The translations under genes and the position numbers were made by a program. Under the pieces are notes generated by a model. That model was not told the origin of the DNA, searched no databases, and worked only from the letters and a program-made list of their open reading frames with translations. Source: Acidobacteriota bacterium (GTDB lineage: Bacteria; Acidobacteriota; UBA890; WLXD01). From it: DNA of 64,000 bases. The stretch lies in the NCBI GenBank assembly GCA_963666055.2, contig CAXWPH010000015.1, positions 2,112,001-2,176,000 of the forward strand. The letters are read 5' to 3'. Positions 27,101-39,806 of the stretch are shown one piece after another (the stretch's first letter is position 1; every line of letters starts with the position of its first letter).

Positions 27101-27329
27101 CGTTTTGCCTCCCGTGCGGAGCGCGCGTGCACCCGAGCGCAGGCCCACCGAACGCTTCCCGCGCCCGGGCACAACGCGTTCTCTGCACGGTAAGAGCCCC
27201 GGCCGGCGTGTTTCGTCGAGGTTTTCTGAGCGCCCCCGTCAGCTAGCAGGCCCGCAGCACTTCCACCCCAGCCTGGTAGTGGCCTGTAACAGATGATCGA
27301 CTTGGTCGGCCCTATGATGAGGCTGCCAG

Positions 27330-28880
27330 CTAGAGCGGTATGTTGCCGTGCTTCTTGGGAGGGTTGCTGTCGGCCTTGGTGTCGAGCGCCAGAAGTGCCC
27401 GTATGAGCTTCGGCCGAGTATCACGAGGATGAATCACCTCATCGATCCAACCGCGCTCAGCTGCGATGTAGGGGTTGGCGAACTTGTCGCGCAACTCCTT
27501 CACCTTGGCCGCCCGTAGCGCTTCCGCATCCTCGGCGGCCGCCAGCTCGCGGCGGAACAGCACGTTTACCGCGCCTTCTGAACCCATCACTGCAATCTCT
27601 GCCGCCGGGTAGGCGAAATTCACGTCGGTGCGGAGGTGCTTGGAAGCCATCACGCAGTAGGCGCCGCCGTAGGCCTTCCGGGTGATCACCGTCAGCTTCG
27701 GTACCGTGGCCTCGGCGAAAGCGTAGAGCAGCTTGGCACCGTGCTTGATTATGCCGGCGAACTCCTGCTCTGTGCCGGGCAGAAAGCCCGGCACGTCTTC
27801 GAACACCACCAGCGGGATGTTGAAGGCGTCGCAGAAGCGCACGAACCGCGCGCCCTTGACCGAGGCGTCGATATCCAGCGTGCCGGCCAGGTGGTCCGGC
27901 TGGTTGGCGACGATGCCCACGGGCATGCCGTGCAGCCGCGCGAACCCGGTGACCAGGTTGCGTGCGTAGGCTTCGTGTACCTGTAGGAAATTGCCGTGGT
28001 CAACGACGCGAACGATCACGTCGACGATGTTGTACGGGCTGTTCGGGTCAATGGGCACGAGCTCGTCGAGCTCGACATCTGCACGTCGCGGATCATCCGT
28101 CGGATCCAATCGTGGCGCGTCTTCTCGATTGTTGCTCGGCAGGTAAGAGAGCAGCTCGCGGATCAGCGCCAGGCACTCTTGATCGTTGGCCGACGAGAAG
28201 TGCGCCACGCCGCTACGCGTGCTATGGACCTCTGCGCCGCCCAGATCCTGCGCCGAGACGTCCTCGTGCATCACCGTCTTGATGACGTCGGGGCCAGTCA
28301 GAAACATGTACGAGCTCCCCTCGACCATGGCGACGAAATCGGTGATCGCCGGCGAGTAGACGGCGCCGCCGGCACACGGGCCCATGATTGCCGAGATCTG
28401 CGGAATTACCCCGGAGGCGAGCGTATTGCGAAGAAAAATCTCTGAGTAACCGGCCAACGCCGCGACCCCCTCCTGAATCCGCGCGCCACCGGAATCATTG
28501 AGGCCGATGACCGGTGCCCCAGTCTTGATCGCCAGGTCCATTACCTTGCAGATCTTCCAGGCGTTGCTCTCCGAAACCGAGCCACCGAAGACCGTGAAGT
28601 CCTGTGCGAACACGTAAACGAGCCGACCATCGATACGCCCAAAGCCCGACACCACGCCGTCGCCTTCGATTTGTTGCTCCTCCATGCCGAAGTCGCGACA
28701 TTGGTGCCGAACGTGTACGTCAAGCTCCTGAAAAGACTCTGAATCGAGCAGGTATTCCAGCCGCTCGCGGGCGCTCAGCTTGCCGGCGTTGTGCTGGCGC
28801 TCTATGCGAGCTGCACCACCGCCGGTGCGTGCGGTCTGTCGCCGGCGTTCGAGCTCGGCTGCTGGGTCGTCGTACGACAC
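27330..28880 (-). CDS. pccB: Acyl-CoA (propionyl/methylmalonyl) carboxylase carboxyltransferase subunit
   Basis: [46 protein letters not shown]. Confidence 0.9.
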   Translation of the reverse strand: MSYDDPAAELERRRQTARTGGGAARIERQHNAGKLSARERLEYLLDSESFQELDVHVRHQCRDFGMEEQQIEGDGVVSGFGRIDGRLVYVFAQDFTVFGGSVSESNAWKICKVMDLAIKTGAPVIGLNDSGGARIQEGVAALAGYSEIFLRNTLASGVIPQISAIMGPCAGGAVYSPAITDFVAMVEGSSYMFLTGPDVIKTVMHEDVSAQDLGGAEVHSTRSGVAHFSSANDQECLALIRELLSYLPSNNREDAPRLDPTDDPRRADVELDELVPIDPNSPYNIVDVIVRVVDHGNFLQVHEAYARNLVTGFARLHGMPVGIVANQPDHLAGTLDIDASVKGARFVRFCDAFNIPLVVFEDVPGFLPGTEQEFAGIIKHGAKLLYAFAEATVPKLTVITRKAYGGAYCVMASKHLRTDVNFAYPAAEIAVMGSEGAVNVLFRRELAAAEDAEALRAAKVKELRDKFANPYIAAERGWIDEVIHPRDTRPKLIRALLALDTKADSNPPKKHGNIPL

Positions 28881-28900
28881 GGCGATCGGTCTGCGGGTGG

Positions 28901-29584
28901 TCAGCCCTTGGCTCCGGCCGGGAGCGCCAGGTCGGCGACGAGCTCGCGCGCCCCTTCCCAGTCGGCGAGGAAGGCGGCGAGCCCCTTGTCGGTGAGTGGG
29001 TGCTTGAACATCGAGTCGAATACCTTGGTCGGTATCGTGACGATGTCGGCGCCCATGAGGGCCGCGTCGAGAACATGCTTCGGGTTGCGCACGGAGCCCA
29101 CCAGCACTTCCGTGGCGTAGCCGTAGTTCTCGTACATTTGGACGATCTGTCGGACTAACTCCATCCCGTCGTGCCCGACGTCGTCGAGGCGGCCTACGAA
29201 CGGCGAGATAATCGTCGCGCCTGCTTTCGCAGCGAGGAGTGCTTGTAAGGGCGAGAAACAGAGCGTCACGTTGGTGCGGATGCCCTCTTGGGACAGCGTC
29301 GCCACCGCCCGAATGCCCTCTCGCAGCAGTGGGATCTTGACCACGACGTTGTCGTGTATGGGCGCTAGGCGACGGGCCTCGTCGACCATACCGTCGTAGT
29401 CGGTGGATAGCACCTCGGCGCTGATTGGGCCGTCCACGATGCCGCAAATCTCCGCGATGACATCTTCGAACGGACGCCCTTCTTTGGCCACGAGTGACGG
29501 GTTCGTGGTCACTCCATCAAGCACGCCGGTTTCTCCGGCCGCACGGATCTCGTCGATGTTCGCGGTGTCGAGGAAGATCTTCAT
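28901..29584 (-). CDS. Transaldolase / fructose-6-phosphate aldolase family (TalC)
   Basis: [34 protein letters not shown]. Confidence 0.93.
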   Translation of the reverse strand: MKIFLDTANIDEIRAAGETGVLDGVTTNPSLVAKEGRPFEDVIAEICGIVDGPISAEVLSTDYDGMVDEARRLAPIHDNVVVKIPLLREGIRAVATLSQEGIRTNVTLCFSPLQALLAAKAGATIISPFVGRLDDVGHDGMELVRQIVQMYENYGYATEVLVGSVRNPKHVLDAALMGADIVTIPTKVFDSMFKHPLTDKGLAAFLADWEGARELVADLALPAGAKG

Positions 29585-29742
29585 CGGATAGCCTCCCGAG
29601 AGATTTGTGGCGCCGCCGAAAGCCCCATGTCCCCGAATCGGCAGCCGCAGCGCGGCTAGTCTAGCAGGTCACGCACGAACCCAGGTGGTTGCCGGCCGCC
29701 GAGCACGGTGCGGCAGGCTCGGTCGGTGGCGCGGGCCCTCGC

Positions 29743-31035
29743 TTACCGCAGGCGCCAGTCGTAGACCGGATAGGCGTCCGTGAGCTCGCTCACCTGTGCG
29801 GCGACGTCGATGATGACATCCGGGTTGCCGCGCGACTCGAGCACCCGCGCCATCCAACCGACGATCTGACGCATGTGCTCCTCCGTGAGGCCCCGCGTGG
29901 TGGTGGCCGGCGTGCCGATGCGCAAGCCCGAGGTGACGAACGGCGAGCGCTGATCGAACGGAATCGTGTTCTTGTTGACCACGATACCCGCCTCGTCGAG
30001 CCACGCCTCGGCTTCCTTCCCGGTGACACCCTGCTTGCCGACGTCGATGAGGACGAGGTGAGTATCGGTGCCGCCTGACACGCAGCGAAAGCCCGCGTCG
30101 CTGAACTCCGCGGCGAGGGCCTTGGCGTTGGCGATGATCTGCGCGGCGTACGCGCCGAAGCTCTCGTCCAGAGCTTCTGCCAGGCACACTGCCTTGGCGG
30201 CGATCAGGTGCTGAAAGGGCCCGCCTTGGATGCCAGGAAACACTGCCTGGTCGAGCCGGGCAGCGTGCTCCTTGCGGCACAGCACGATGCCGCCACGCGG
30301 TCCACGCAACGTCTTGTGGGTTGTCGAGCTGACGAAGTCGGCGTGTGGGCACGGATTGGGGTGCAGCCCCGCTGCCACCAACCCGGCCGGGTGCGCGATG
30401 TCCGCGTGTAGTATTGCGCCGACCTCGTCGGCGATCTCCCGGCAGCGGGCGAAGTCGATGTGGCGCGGGTAGGCCGAGAACCCGACAACGATGAGCTTGG
30501 GGCGATGCTCTCGGGCGATCATCGCCATGGCGTCGTAGTCGAGCAGTTCCGTTTCCTCGTCGACGCCATGAGTGACGACGTTGTACAGCTGGCCCGAGAA
30601 CGACATCCGATGGCCGTGCGACAGATGCCCGCCTTCCGACAACCCCATGCCCATCAGCGTGTCGTCAGGCTCTAGCGCTGCGTAGTACACGGCCATGTTC
30701 GCTTGTGTACCGCTGTGCGGCTGAACATTGGCGTGCTCGGCGCCAAACAGTCGTTGCGCACGCTCGATCGCGAGCGTTTCCGTCATGTCGACAAACTCGC
30801 AACCGCCGTAGTATCGGTGGCCTGGATAGCCCTCGGAGTACTTGTTCGACATCACCGAGGCGCACGCCTCCAATACCGCCTCGGAGCTGTAGTTCTCGCT
30901 GGCGATCATGATCAATTTGCGCGATTGTTTCTCGGTTTCCTTGCGAATGACGCTCGCAACCTCGGGGTCGACTTCATCAAGACTTCGAGCGAGACGCGCG
31001 CCGGTGTGGGGCGTGGAAAACGGAGAGTCGACCAT
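29743..31035 (-). CDS. glyA: Serine hydroxymethyltransferase
   Basis: IASEN, NKYSEGYPG.RYYGG, GGHLSHG, TTHKTLRGPRGG. Confidence 0.97.
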   Translation of the reverse strand: MVDSPFSTPHTGARLARSLDEVDPEVASVIRKETEKQSRKLIMIASENYSSEAVLEACASVMSNKYSEGYPGHRYYGGCEFVDMTETLAIERAQRLFGAEHANVQPHSGTQANMAVYYAALEPDDTLMGMGLSEGGHLSHGHRMSFSGQLYNVVTHGVDEETELLDYDAMAMIAREHRPKLIVVGFSAYPRHIDFARCREIADEVGAILHADIAHPAGLVAAGLHPNPCPHADFVSSTTHKTLRGPRGGIVLCRKEHAARLDQAVFPGIQGGPFQHLIAAKAVCLAEALDESFGAYAAQIIANAKALAAEFSDAGFRCVSGGTDTHLVLIDVGKQGVTGKEAEAWLDEAGIVVNKNTIPFDQRSPFVTSGLRIGTPATTTRGLTEEHMRQIVGWMARVLESRGNPDVIIDVAAQVSELTDAYPVYDWRLR

Positions 31036-31234
31036 TCCGGAGCTCCGGGTTCTGCGGCAGAGATGGTGTCGGGCTAGGCTCGAAGACGGCCATTATAGGT
31101 CCGCGCGATGAACACGCTGACACAGGTGGACGCCGTACGTGTGGGCGTATAATCGATCAAACAGGGCGATACCGGGCGGGGGGCGCCGGGCGACCGCGTC
31201 TCGGTCTGGTGGGTCGCCCTGAGGGGAAGGTGGG

Positions 31235-32477
31235 ATGACACCATCTCGACGCACCCTGGCGCGCCCGTTGCTGGTTGTGCCCATGGCCCTCTTGGCACTG
31301 GGCATCAGCTTTCTGTGGGGCTATCAGAGCCATCGCGGCGAGACTTTTCCCTACTCCATCATCTCGTGGTTCCTGGCCGACACTGATAACAAGCCCTATA
31401 GCTGGATCCGCCCCCAGGGACGCCCGCTGAGCGACCTCCGAGCGCTTGCCTATGTCGGTGCGAACTTCGATCCGGACTCCGATCGTCGCGGCGTCCAGGT
31501 CCACGACGCGCAACGCGCCTGGGACGGTCTGAATTTCTATTACTCGGCCTTCCAGGCACCGTTTCTGCTAGTAGACCATGGAAGGACGCGAGGTGCGACG
31601 CTGGTCGGACCCCGGGACGCTGATCGCGCACGCCGAGCTGTTGCCGGACGCCGGCCTGATCTTGGTGAGGTTCGACAAACAAGTCGTGCGCCTCGATCCC
31701 GACTCCCGCCCGCGCTGGGTCGCCGACGTGCGGGCTCATCATGGTGTAGCGATTCACGGGGACGAGCTGTGGGCACTCTCGAGACGAGAGAGATCGATTC
31801 CTGAAGTGCATCCGACTCAGCAGATCCTCGAAGACACGCTGACCCTGCTGTCGCTGGAGACGGGGAAGGTGCGCGAGGAGTTCTCGTTGCTCGACGTTGT
31901 GCGCTCCTCGCCCTACGGTTTCTTGCTCGCCAGTGTTGCGAGTCGCCAGTTCGTCGCCGCCGACGGTCCGTTGGATACTCTGCATACGAACCATGTGTCG
32001 GTGCTCGACGGATCGCTCGCCTCAGTCTCGCCGTTGTTCCGTGCTGGCAACGTTCTTCTCTCGATGCGCCACCTGAACGCCATCATGATTCTCGACGGCG
32101 CCACCCACGATGTGTTGTGGGTCTGGGGCCCGTCGAACCTCTACGCGCAACATCATCCAACCCTCTTACCCAACGGGCGGCTCCTGGTGTTCGACAATGG
32201 GGTGTCGCGCTCGCGCGTATTGGAAGTCGATCCGCGGTCCAACGAGATCGGTTGGAGCTATGCGTCCGAGGAGTTCCATACGCCGTTGCGTGGGAGCGCT
32301 CAGCGCTTGCCGAACGGCAACACGCTGATCGCGGAGTCGGATGCGGGCCGTGTGTTCGAGGTAACCGAGGGAGGTGACATCGTGTGGGAGTTCGTCAACC
32401 CCGATGTTACGGAGGCCGGCGAGCGCCGCGTGATCTGGCGTATGACGCGTGTGTCGAGCGGCAACGGGTCCGACTAG
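31235..32477 (+). pseudogene. Arylsulfotransferase-family protein, +1 frameshift near 31577
   Basis: LRALAY N-terminus; AHH, D.LHTN, QHHP, FDNG, GSAQRLPNGNTLI; an extra C in gtagaccatggaa splits LLVD|MEG. Confidence 0.75.
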
Positions 32478-33335
32478 ATGGGACGCGCCACAGGCGGATC
32501 AGCCGCTGTAGTGGCTCTGGGCCTCGTGGCGATCGGTTGCGCCGGTAACGGCTGGATCCGCGATCAACCGGAGCTCGCTGAACGAGTGCGTCAGCACCCC
32601 GGCAGCTTCCTGGAGCCGGCGCTCAAGCTGACGGCACCGCTCGAGAGTCTCGTCGGGTCGTACACCATGCGTTTTTCGAGGGGGATCGGTCGGCGTTCGG
32701 TCGACACCTTCGTGTCGGTCCGCCGGCCGGCGGACCTCGATATCCTGGTGCTCGATCCGACTGGCGGCACACAAGCCTATCTACGCGCCAATGCCGTGGA
32801 AGTCGGTCTGTTTCTGAGCCAGGAACAGCTCCTCTATCGTGGACCGTCGACGCGTGCGTCCTTCGAGCAAGCGCTTGGTTTCGGGCTGTCCGCCGCAGAC
32901 GTAGTGGCGGCCCTGCTGGGATACGCAATCGATCCAGCCGGCCATCCACCCGGTCGGCCGAGTTGGGACGAGAGTGCGCAGCGGGTGCGGATCGACTACG
33001 GCGAGGAGGCCAGCGTGTGGCTATTGCCGCCTACGCTGTGGTTCGATCGGATTGAGCATCGGCGCGCCGACAACACTGTAGCGATCGATGCGCTCGATTC
33101 GATTGCCACCGAGGTCGACGGTCAGACGTTGCTGGTCCCCTCGAGCCTGCAGTTGCGCATCGAACCCGAGGGGTACGGGATCGCGATGCAGCTGCTGGGT
33201 GAGCCGTCGACCAACTTGGAGTTCCCGCCGGCGCATTTCGAGCTCGAAGTCCCGGCGGGGGTATTACAGCTACCGATCTCCGACCTGGGTCGAGAAGGTG
33301 GTTTGTTCAGGCGCGAGGTACCGAAAGAGCAGTAG
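32478..33335 (+). CDS. Lipoprotein, LolB/DUF4292-like
   Basis: Lipobox AIGC; beta-rich; occupies the lolB position upstream of tRNA-Gln-prs. Confidence 0.55.
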   Translation: MGRATGGSAAVVALGLVAIGCAGNGWIRDQPELAERVRQHPGSFLEPALKLTAPLESLVGSYTMRFSRGIGRRSVDTFVSVRRPADLDILVLDPTGGTQAYLRANAVEVGLFLSQEQLLYRGPSTRASFEQALGFGLSAADVVAALLGYAIDPAGHPPGRPSWDESAQRVRIDYGEEASVWLLPPTLWFDRIEHRRADNTVAIDALDSIATEVDGQTLLVPSSLQLRIEPEGYGIAMQLLGEPSTNLEFPPAHFELEVPAGVLQLPISDLGREGGLFRREVPKEQ

Positions 33336-33506
33336 ATCGCAAGCGCACCCGAAGCGTCGGCCGAGCTGACGCGAATGCGCCCCGGCATTGTTTGATGCAC
33401 GAGAAAGTGCGGCGCCTATAATAGTGCGTGTCTGAAACGCGGCCCTTGTGTGGGTCGCGTCCCGGAGACACTGCTCGGGACCTCTGCGTCCACAGGCAGT
33501 TGGTTT

Positions 33507-33580
33507 TGGGGCGTCGCCAAGTCAGGCAAGGCACCGGTCTTTGGATCCGGCATTCGCAGGTTCGAATCCTGCCGCCCCAG
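33507..33580 (+). tRNA. tRNA-Gln (TTG), CCA not encoded
   Basis: TGGGGCG/CGCCCCA acceptor stem; anticodon loop CT-TTG-GA; GGTTCGAATCC T-arm. Confidence 0.97.
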
Positions 33581-33658
33581 CTTTAGGCCTGCCAGTCCGT
33601 CGAGGCGAGCATCGCCCCGAGTTTCGGCTCACCGACCGCACCTCAGCCGCACAGCTCG

Positions 33659-34606
33659 ATGTCCAATACCGACCGCAAGATCAAGATTTTCGCCGGCAAT
33701 GCCTGCCCGGGGTTGGCGGAGGCCATCGCGGGGTCGATGGGTTTGTCCCTGAGCGCCATCGACATCGGGCTGTTCGCCGACGGCGAGGTGCGCTGCCAGT
33801 TCGGAGAGAACGTGCGCGGCGTCGAGGTGTTCCTGGTCCAGTCTACATGCCGGCCGGTGAACGACAGCCTCATGGAGTTGCTGGTGATGATCGACGCGGC
33901 CAAACGCGCTTCAGCCCATCACATCACCGCTGTGATCCCGTACTTCGGATACGCGCGGCAGGACAAGAAAGACAGCCCACGGGTCCCTATCTCGGCCAAA
34001 CTCGTCGCTGACTTGTTGACCACCGCTGGAACCTCGCGGGTGCTAGCGATGGATCTGCACGCCGGTCAGATCCAAGGCTACTTCAACATCCCGCTCGACC
34101 ACCTCTTTGCAGCACCAGTCGCGGTGCGTCGGATCGGCGCCATCGACAGCGATCTGGTCATGGTCTCGCCTGACGCCGGTGGCGTGGAGCGCGCTCGTGC
34201 CATCGCCAAGCGGCTCGAAGCCGGCCTGGCAGTGATCGACAAGCGTCGTCGTGTCGCCAACAAGGTCGATGGTATGACCGTCGTCGGCGACGTTCGCGAC
34301 GCGGTGTGCTGCTTTTACGACGACATGGTCGACACCGCCGGCACCCTGACCACCGGGGCCGCGGCGGTGCTCGACGAGGGAGCACGCGAGGTCTACGCGT
34401 TTGCCACTCACGCGGTACTCTCCTCACCGGCCATCGAGCGCATCGAGGCGAGCCCGCTGAAACGAGTCTTTGTGACGGATACGATTCCGCTGCTGCCCGA
34501 AGCCGCCGCCTGCGACAAGATCGAGGTGCTCTCGGTCGCAGGGTTGTTCGGTGAAGCGATACGCAGCATCTACGAGGAAACCAGCATCTCGAGGCTGTTT
34601 ATCTGA
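33659..34606 (+). CDS. prs: Ribose-phosphate pyrophosphokinase
   Basis: F.DGE, PYFGYARQD, DLHA.QIQG, SPDAGGV.RA, DDMVDTAGT. Confidence 0.97.
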   Translation: MSNTDRKIKIFAGNACPGLAEAIAGSMGLSLSAIDIGLFADGEVRCQFGENVRGVEVFLVQSTCRPVNDSLMELLVMIDAAKRASAHHITAVIPYFGYARQDKKDSPRVPISAKLVADLLTTAGTSRVLAMDLHAGQIQGYFNIPLDHLFAAPVAVRRIGAIDSDLVMVSPDAGGVERARAIAKRLEAGLAVIDKRRRVANKVDGMTVVGDVRDAVCCFYDDMVDTAGTLTTGAAAVLDEGAREVYAFATHAVLSSPAIERIEASPLKRVFVTDTIPLLPEAAACDKIEVLSVAGLFGEAIRSIYEETSISRLFI

Positions 34607-34640
34607 TCTCGACGGCTGCTTACTCCGAGAGGAAGCAACG

Positions 34641-35312
34641 ATGACGGACTCACAGGTACTCGAAGTCGAGCTCCGCGAGCCGGGTTCGAGCAACAAGGCG
34701 AAGCGGCTGCGCCGCGCCGGCAAGGTTCCTGCTGTGCTGTACGGTGGAGGTCGCGAGACGCGTTCGATCGCCGTGAATCCGCGGTCGCTGATCGAGATTC
34801 TGCGATCCGAGCACGGTCAGAACTCGATTCTCAGCTTGAAAGTCGGAGAAGGAGCCGAGCAGACGGCGCTAATCTACGACTACCAGGTAGATCCGATCTC
34901 TCGCAAGCTTCAGCATGTCGACTTCCGTCGCATCGATCTGGCGACCCAGATCGAGGTGAATGTTCCGGTCGAGATTGTCGGCGAGGCGGTCGGCGTAAGG
35001 GTCGATCGAGGCATCCTCGACATGATCCTTCGAGAGGTACACGTGAAGTGCCTGCCAACCGACATCCCTGACTCCCTCCAGGTCGACGTGACCGAGCTCA
35101 ACATCGGCGACGTGGCACAGGTGTCTGATCTCGAGCTGCCCGACCGCGTCGAGCTGATGGTGGATCTGGATCAGACGGTGCTAACCATCGCCCCGCCGAC
35201 GGTCGCGATTGAGGATGAGGTTGTCGAGGAAGACGAGGATTTGCTAGCGACCCCAGAAGAGCCAGAGCTCATTGGCCACGAGGACGAGGAGGAATCCGAG
35301 GACAACGAGTAG
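34641..35312 (+). CDS. rplY: 50S ribosomal protein L25/Ctc
   Basis: RLRR.GKVPAVLYG, HVDF, acidic tail. Confidence 0.95.
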   Translation: MTDSQVLEVELREPGSSNKAKRLRRAGKVPAVLYGGGRETRSIAVNPRSLIEILRSEHGQNSILSLKVGEGAEQTALIYDYQVDPISRKLQHVDFRRIDLATQIEVNVPVEIVGEAVGVRVDRGILDMILREVHVKCLPTDIPDSLQVDVTELNIGDVAQVSDLELPDRVELMVDLDQTVLTIAPPTVAIEDEVVEEDEDLLATPEEPELIGHEDEEESEDNE

Positions 35313-35321
35313 CCACGCCAA

Positions 35322-35924
35322 ATGCGCGCTCTAGCCGGGCTCGGAAACCCCCGGAGCGAGTACGTGTCCACGCGTCACAACGCCGGCTGGATGCTTCTTG
35401 ACCGTCTGAGTGCCGCGGGCAAGGTCGTCGAGACACGACAGAAAGAATCGGTGCAGCTCGAGCGAGTCAAACTGGGACCGGCAGTGCTCTGGTTGATGCG
35501 TCCACTGTCGTTCATGAACAACAGCGGCGTGGGAGTCTCCCACGCTTGTCGGACGTTATCTATCGATCCCGGTGACCTGCTCGTGGCGTACGACGAAATC
35601 GATTTGCCGTTGGGCGCGTTGCGTCTGCGACCGGCGGGCGGCGACGCTGGTCATCGTGGTCTGAGATCCGTGCTGGAGGAGCTCGGGACGCAGCAAGTAC
35701 CACGTCTCCGGCTCGGCGTGCGGGGCCAAGGCCGCGGACGCGACACAGCTGGATACGTCCTCGAGGCGTTCGACAAGACCGAGCTGGCGGCGCTCGACGA
35801 GATGCTCGACCGCGCCGTCGAGGCGGTGCGGATGATCCTCCGGCGCGGTCTGAGCGCCGCGATGAACACGTACAATCAGCCACCGCAGAGCGAGACAGCG
35901 AATCCAAAAGAGACTCCCGATTAA
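35322..35924 (+). CDS. pth: Peptidyl-tRNA hydrolase
   Basis: GLGNP..Y..TRHN.G, FMN.SG, GH.GLRS, YVL. Confidence 0.95.
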   Translation: MRALAGLGNPRSEYVSTRHNAGWMLLDRLSAAGKVVETRQKESVQLERVKLGPAVLWLMRPLSFMNNSGVGVSHACRTLSIDPGDLLVAYDEIDLPLGALRLRPAGGDAGHRGLRSVLEELGTQQVPRLRLGVRGQGRGRDTAGYVLEAFDKTELAALDEMLDRAVEAVRMILRRGLSAAMNTYNQPPQSETANPKETPD

Positions 35925-35937
35925 CTGGAGCACGAGC

Positions 35938-37989
<2,052 letters not shown>

Positions 37990-38067
37990 GAGGAGTTCCC
38001 TGCAGAACGGGCACTCTGAGCGTGCGCTCCTCGCCCCTCCGGGGGCCAATTGTCCGAGAGGAGAACT

Positions 38068-38850
38068 ATGCACAACTTGTACGAGATCCTGGTGATCGCG
38101 TCTCCCGACGAGACTGACGAGGGAATCGACGCGATCATCGGCGGGCTACGACAGCAGCTCGCTGCGTCCGGTGGCGAGGTCATCGACGTCAACAGGTGGG
38201 GGCGTCGCAAGCTTGCGTACCCCATCGGCAAGCACACCGAAGGCGTCTACCTGCTGATCTATGCAACGGGACCCGCAACGCTGTCAGGCGAGTTCCGCGC
38301 CTATACCAAGATCCGCGAATCGATCCTTCGGGAGATGCCGGTCCGTCTGAGCGATGCGCAGGAGACAGCTGCGCGGCAGGCGCTCTCTGAGCGGGGCCCT
38401 GTAGATGAGGAGTTGGCCAAGGCGCAGATGGAAGCAGCCGATCAGCGCGCCGCAGCGAAGCGCGCCGAGGCGGAAACGTCGGTGTCGGAGCGCGATGAAG
38501 TGGTGGAGCCTGAGGACGCCGTTACCGTTGCTGACGACGAAACAGCTACGGCTGACGAGGCGGTCGCAGGCGACGATGATGATACGGCTACGGCTGACGA
38601 GCCTGTCGCAATCGACGGCGCTGACACGGGTTCGGCTGACCAGACTGTCGCAATCGACGGCGATGACGAGGCTCCGGCTGACCAGACTGTCGCACCCGGC
38701 GGCGACGACGCGGCTGCGGTTGACGAGGCAGTCGCGGTTGACGACAACTCGACCGCCGATGATTCCGATGACGAGTCGGCAGGCGAAGCTGCGCCGGCTG
38801 ATGATAGCTCCGATGGCGTCGCCGAAGGCGAGCCGCGGAAGGAGGACTGA
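38068..38850 (+). CDS. rpsF: 30S ribosomal protein S6 with a long acidic repeat extension
   Basis: [17 protein letters not shown]; AGGAG RBS. Confidence 0.93.
   Translation: MHNLYEILVIASPDETDEGIDAIIGGLRQQLAASGGEVIDVNRWGRRKLAYPIGKHTEGVYLLIYATGPATLSGEFRAYTKIRESILREMPVRLSDAQETAARQALSERGPVDEELAKAQMEAADQRAAAKRAEAETSVSERDEVVEPEDAVTVADDETATADEAVAGDDDDTATADEPVAIDGADTGSADQTVAIDGDDEAPADQTVAPGGDDAAAVDEAVAVDDNSTADDSDDESAGEAAPADDSSDGVAEGEPRKED
38506..38757 (+). repeat. Six degenerate 42-bp (14-aa) tandem repeats in rpsF
   Basis: [14 protein letters not shown] / [14 protein letters not shown] / [14 protein letters not shown] / [14 protein letters not shown] / [14 protein letters not shown] / [14 protein letters not shown]. 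Confidence 0.85.
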
Positions 38851-38853
38851 GCG

Positions 38854-39078
38854 ATGCGCTCCTTTCGTCCCCGACGCAAGAAGGTCAGCAAGCTCACCAA
38901 GTCGAACGCTCAATACGTTGACTACAAAGACGTCGAGCTGCTGAGGCAGTACATCGACCCACGCGGCAAGATCATTCCGCGTCGAACGAACGGTAATTCT
39001 GCGCGCCATCAGCGCATGTTGAGTCGCGCCGTGAAGCGCGCGCGCTACATGGCACTGTTGCCGTACGTCTCTGAGTGA
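38854..39078 (+). CDS. rpsR: 30S ribosomal protein S18
   Basis: DYKD..LL, GKIIPRR, AVKRAR.MALLPY. Confidence 0.97.
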   Translation: MRSFRPRRKKVSKLTKSNAQYVDYKDVELLRQYIDPRGKIIPRRTNGNSARHQRMLSRAVKRARYMALLPYVSE

Positions 39079-39136
39079 GGTTGCCGACATCCGCGCCACA
39101 TGACCGCCGGGTGTCGGACTCATCGAGGACACGACC

Positions 39137-39718
39137 ATGAAGCTGATTTTGAGAGCGAGCGTCACCCACCTGGGCGAGCCAGGTGACCTCGTAGAAGTCA
39201 AGAAAGGTTACGCCCGCAATTACCTTCTACCGCAGCAACTGGCCATCCGCGCTACCGAGGCCAACCTTCGCTCGATCGACCATGAGCTCACGCGACTTCG
39301 CGCCGAGGCTGCCGAGAAGCGTGCCCAAGCCGAGATCGTCGCCAAATCGCTGGCCGGCGTGTCGCTGAGCTTCGGGCGCAAAGTGGCCGACGTTGGTGCG
39401 GGAACGCTCTACGGGTCGGTGAGCGTCGCCGATATCGACGACCGGCTGGCGGAGCGGGGCTTCACGATCCAAAGAGGCGAGATCCATCTCGAGCAGCCGA
39501 TCAAGCACCTCGGCGAGTACGATGTGTCGCTGTCGCTGGCGCACGGCGTTGCAGCAGCGGTGCGTGTGATCGTGTCCAGTGAGGATGACGCGGCCGCCGA
39601 ACCCGCTCCGGGCGACGCCGTCGACGAGGTGGTCGAGCCGGTCGAGCGGGTCGATTCCGCCGCCACCGAGGACAACTTGACCGCCGACGAAACTTCCTCC
39701 GAAAACGAGGACGCCTGA
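39137..39718 (+). CDS. rplI: 50S ribosomal protein L9
   Basis: LG..GD.VEVK.GYARNYLLP, LYGSVS, PIK.LG. Confidence 0.97.
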   Translation: MKLILRASVTHLGEPGDLVEVKKGYARNYLLPQQLAIRATEANLRSIDHELTRLRAEAAEKRAQAEIVAKSLAGVSLSFGRKVADVGAGTLYGSVSVADIDDRLAERGFTIQRGEIHLEQPIKHLGEYDVSLSLAHGVAAAVRVIVSSEDDAAAEPAPGDAVDEVVEPVERVDSAATEDNLTADETSSENEDA

Positions 39719-39806
39719 GCGGCGGCGTTAAGCGAAGTGCTCGTAGCAGCGGCTCAGTTGTACCGGCCGCTGATCTCGGCCTAGCGTCTGGGTGAACCGT
39801 GCCGCG

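Noticed and set aside
31036-31234. Riboswitch upstream of glyA
   Set aside because: Only divergent TATAAT boxes seen; no glycine, ZTP or THF consensus recognised
33507-33580. tRNA-Gln as the integration site of the element
   Set aside because: No duplicated tRNA 3' end found, and it lies ~20 kb from the integrase
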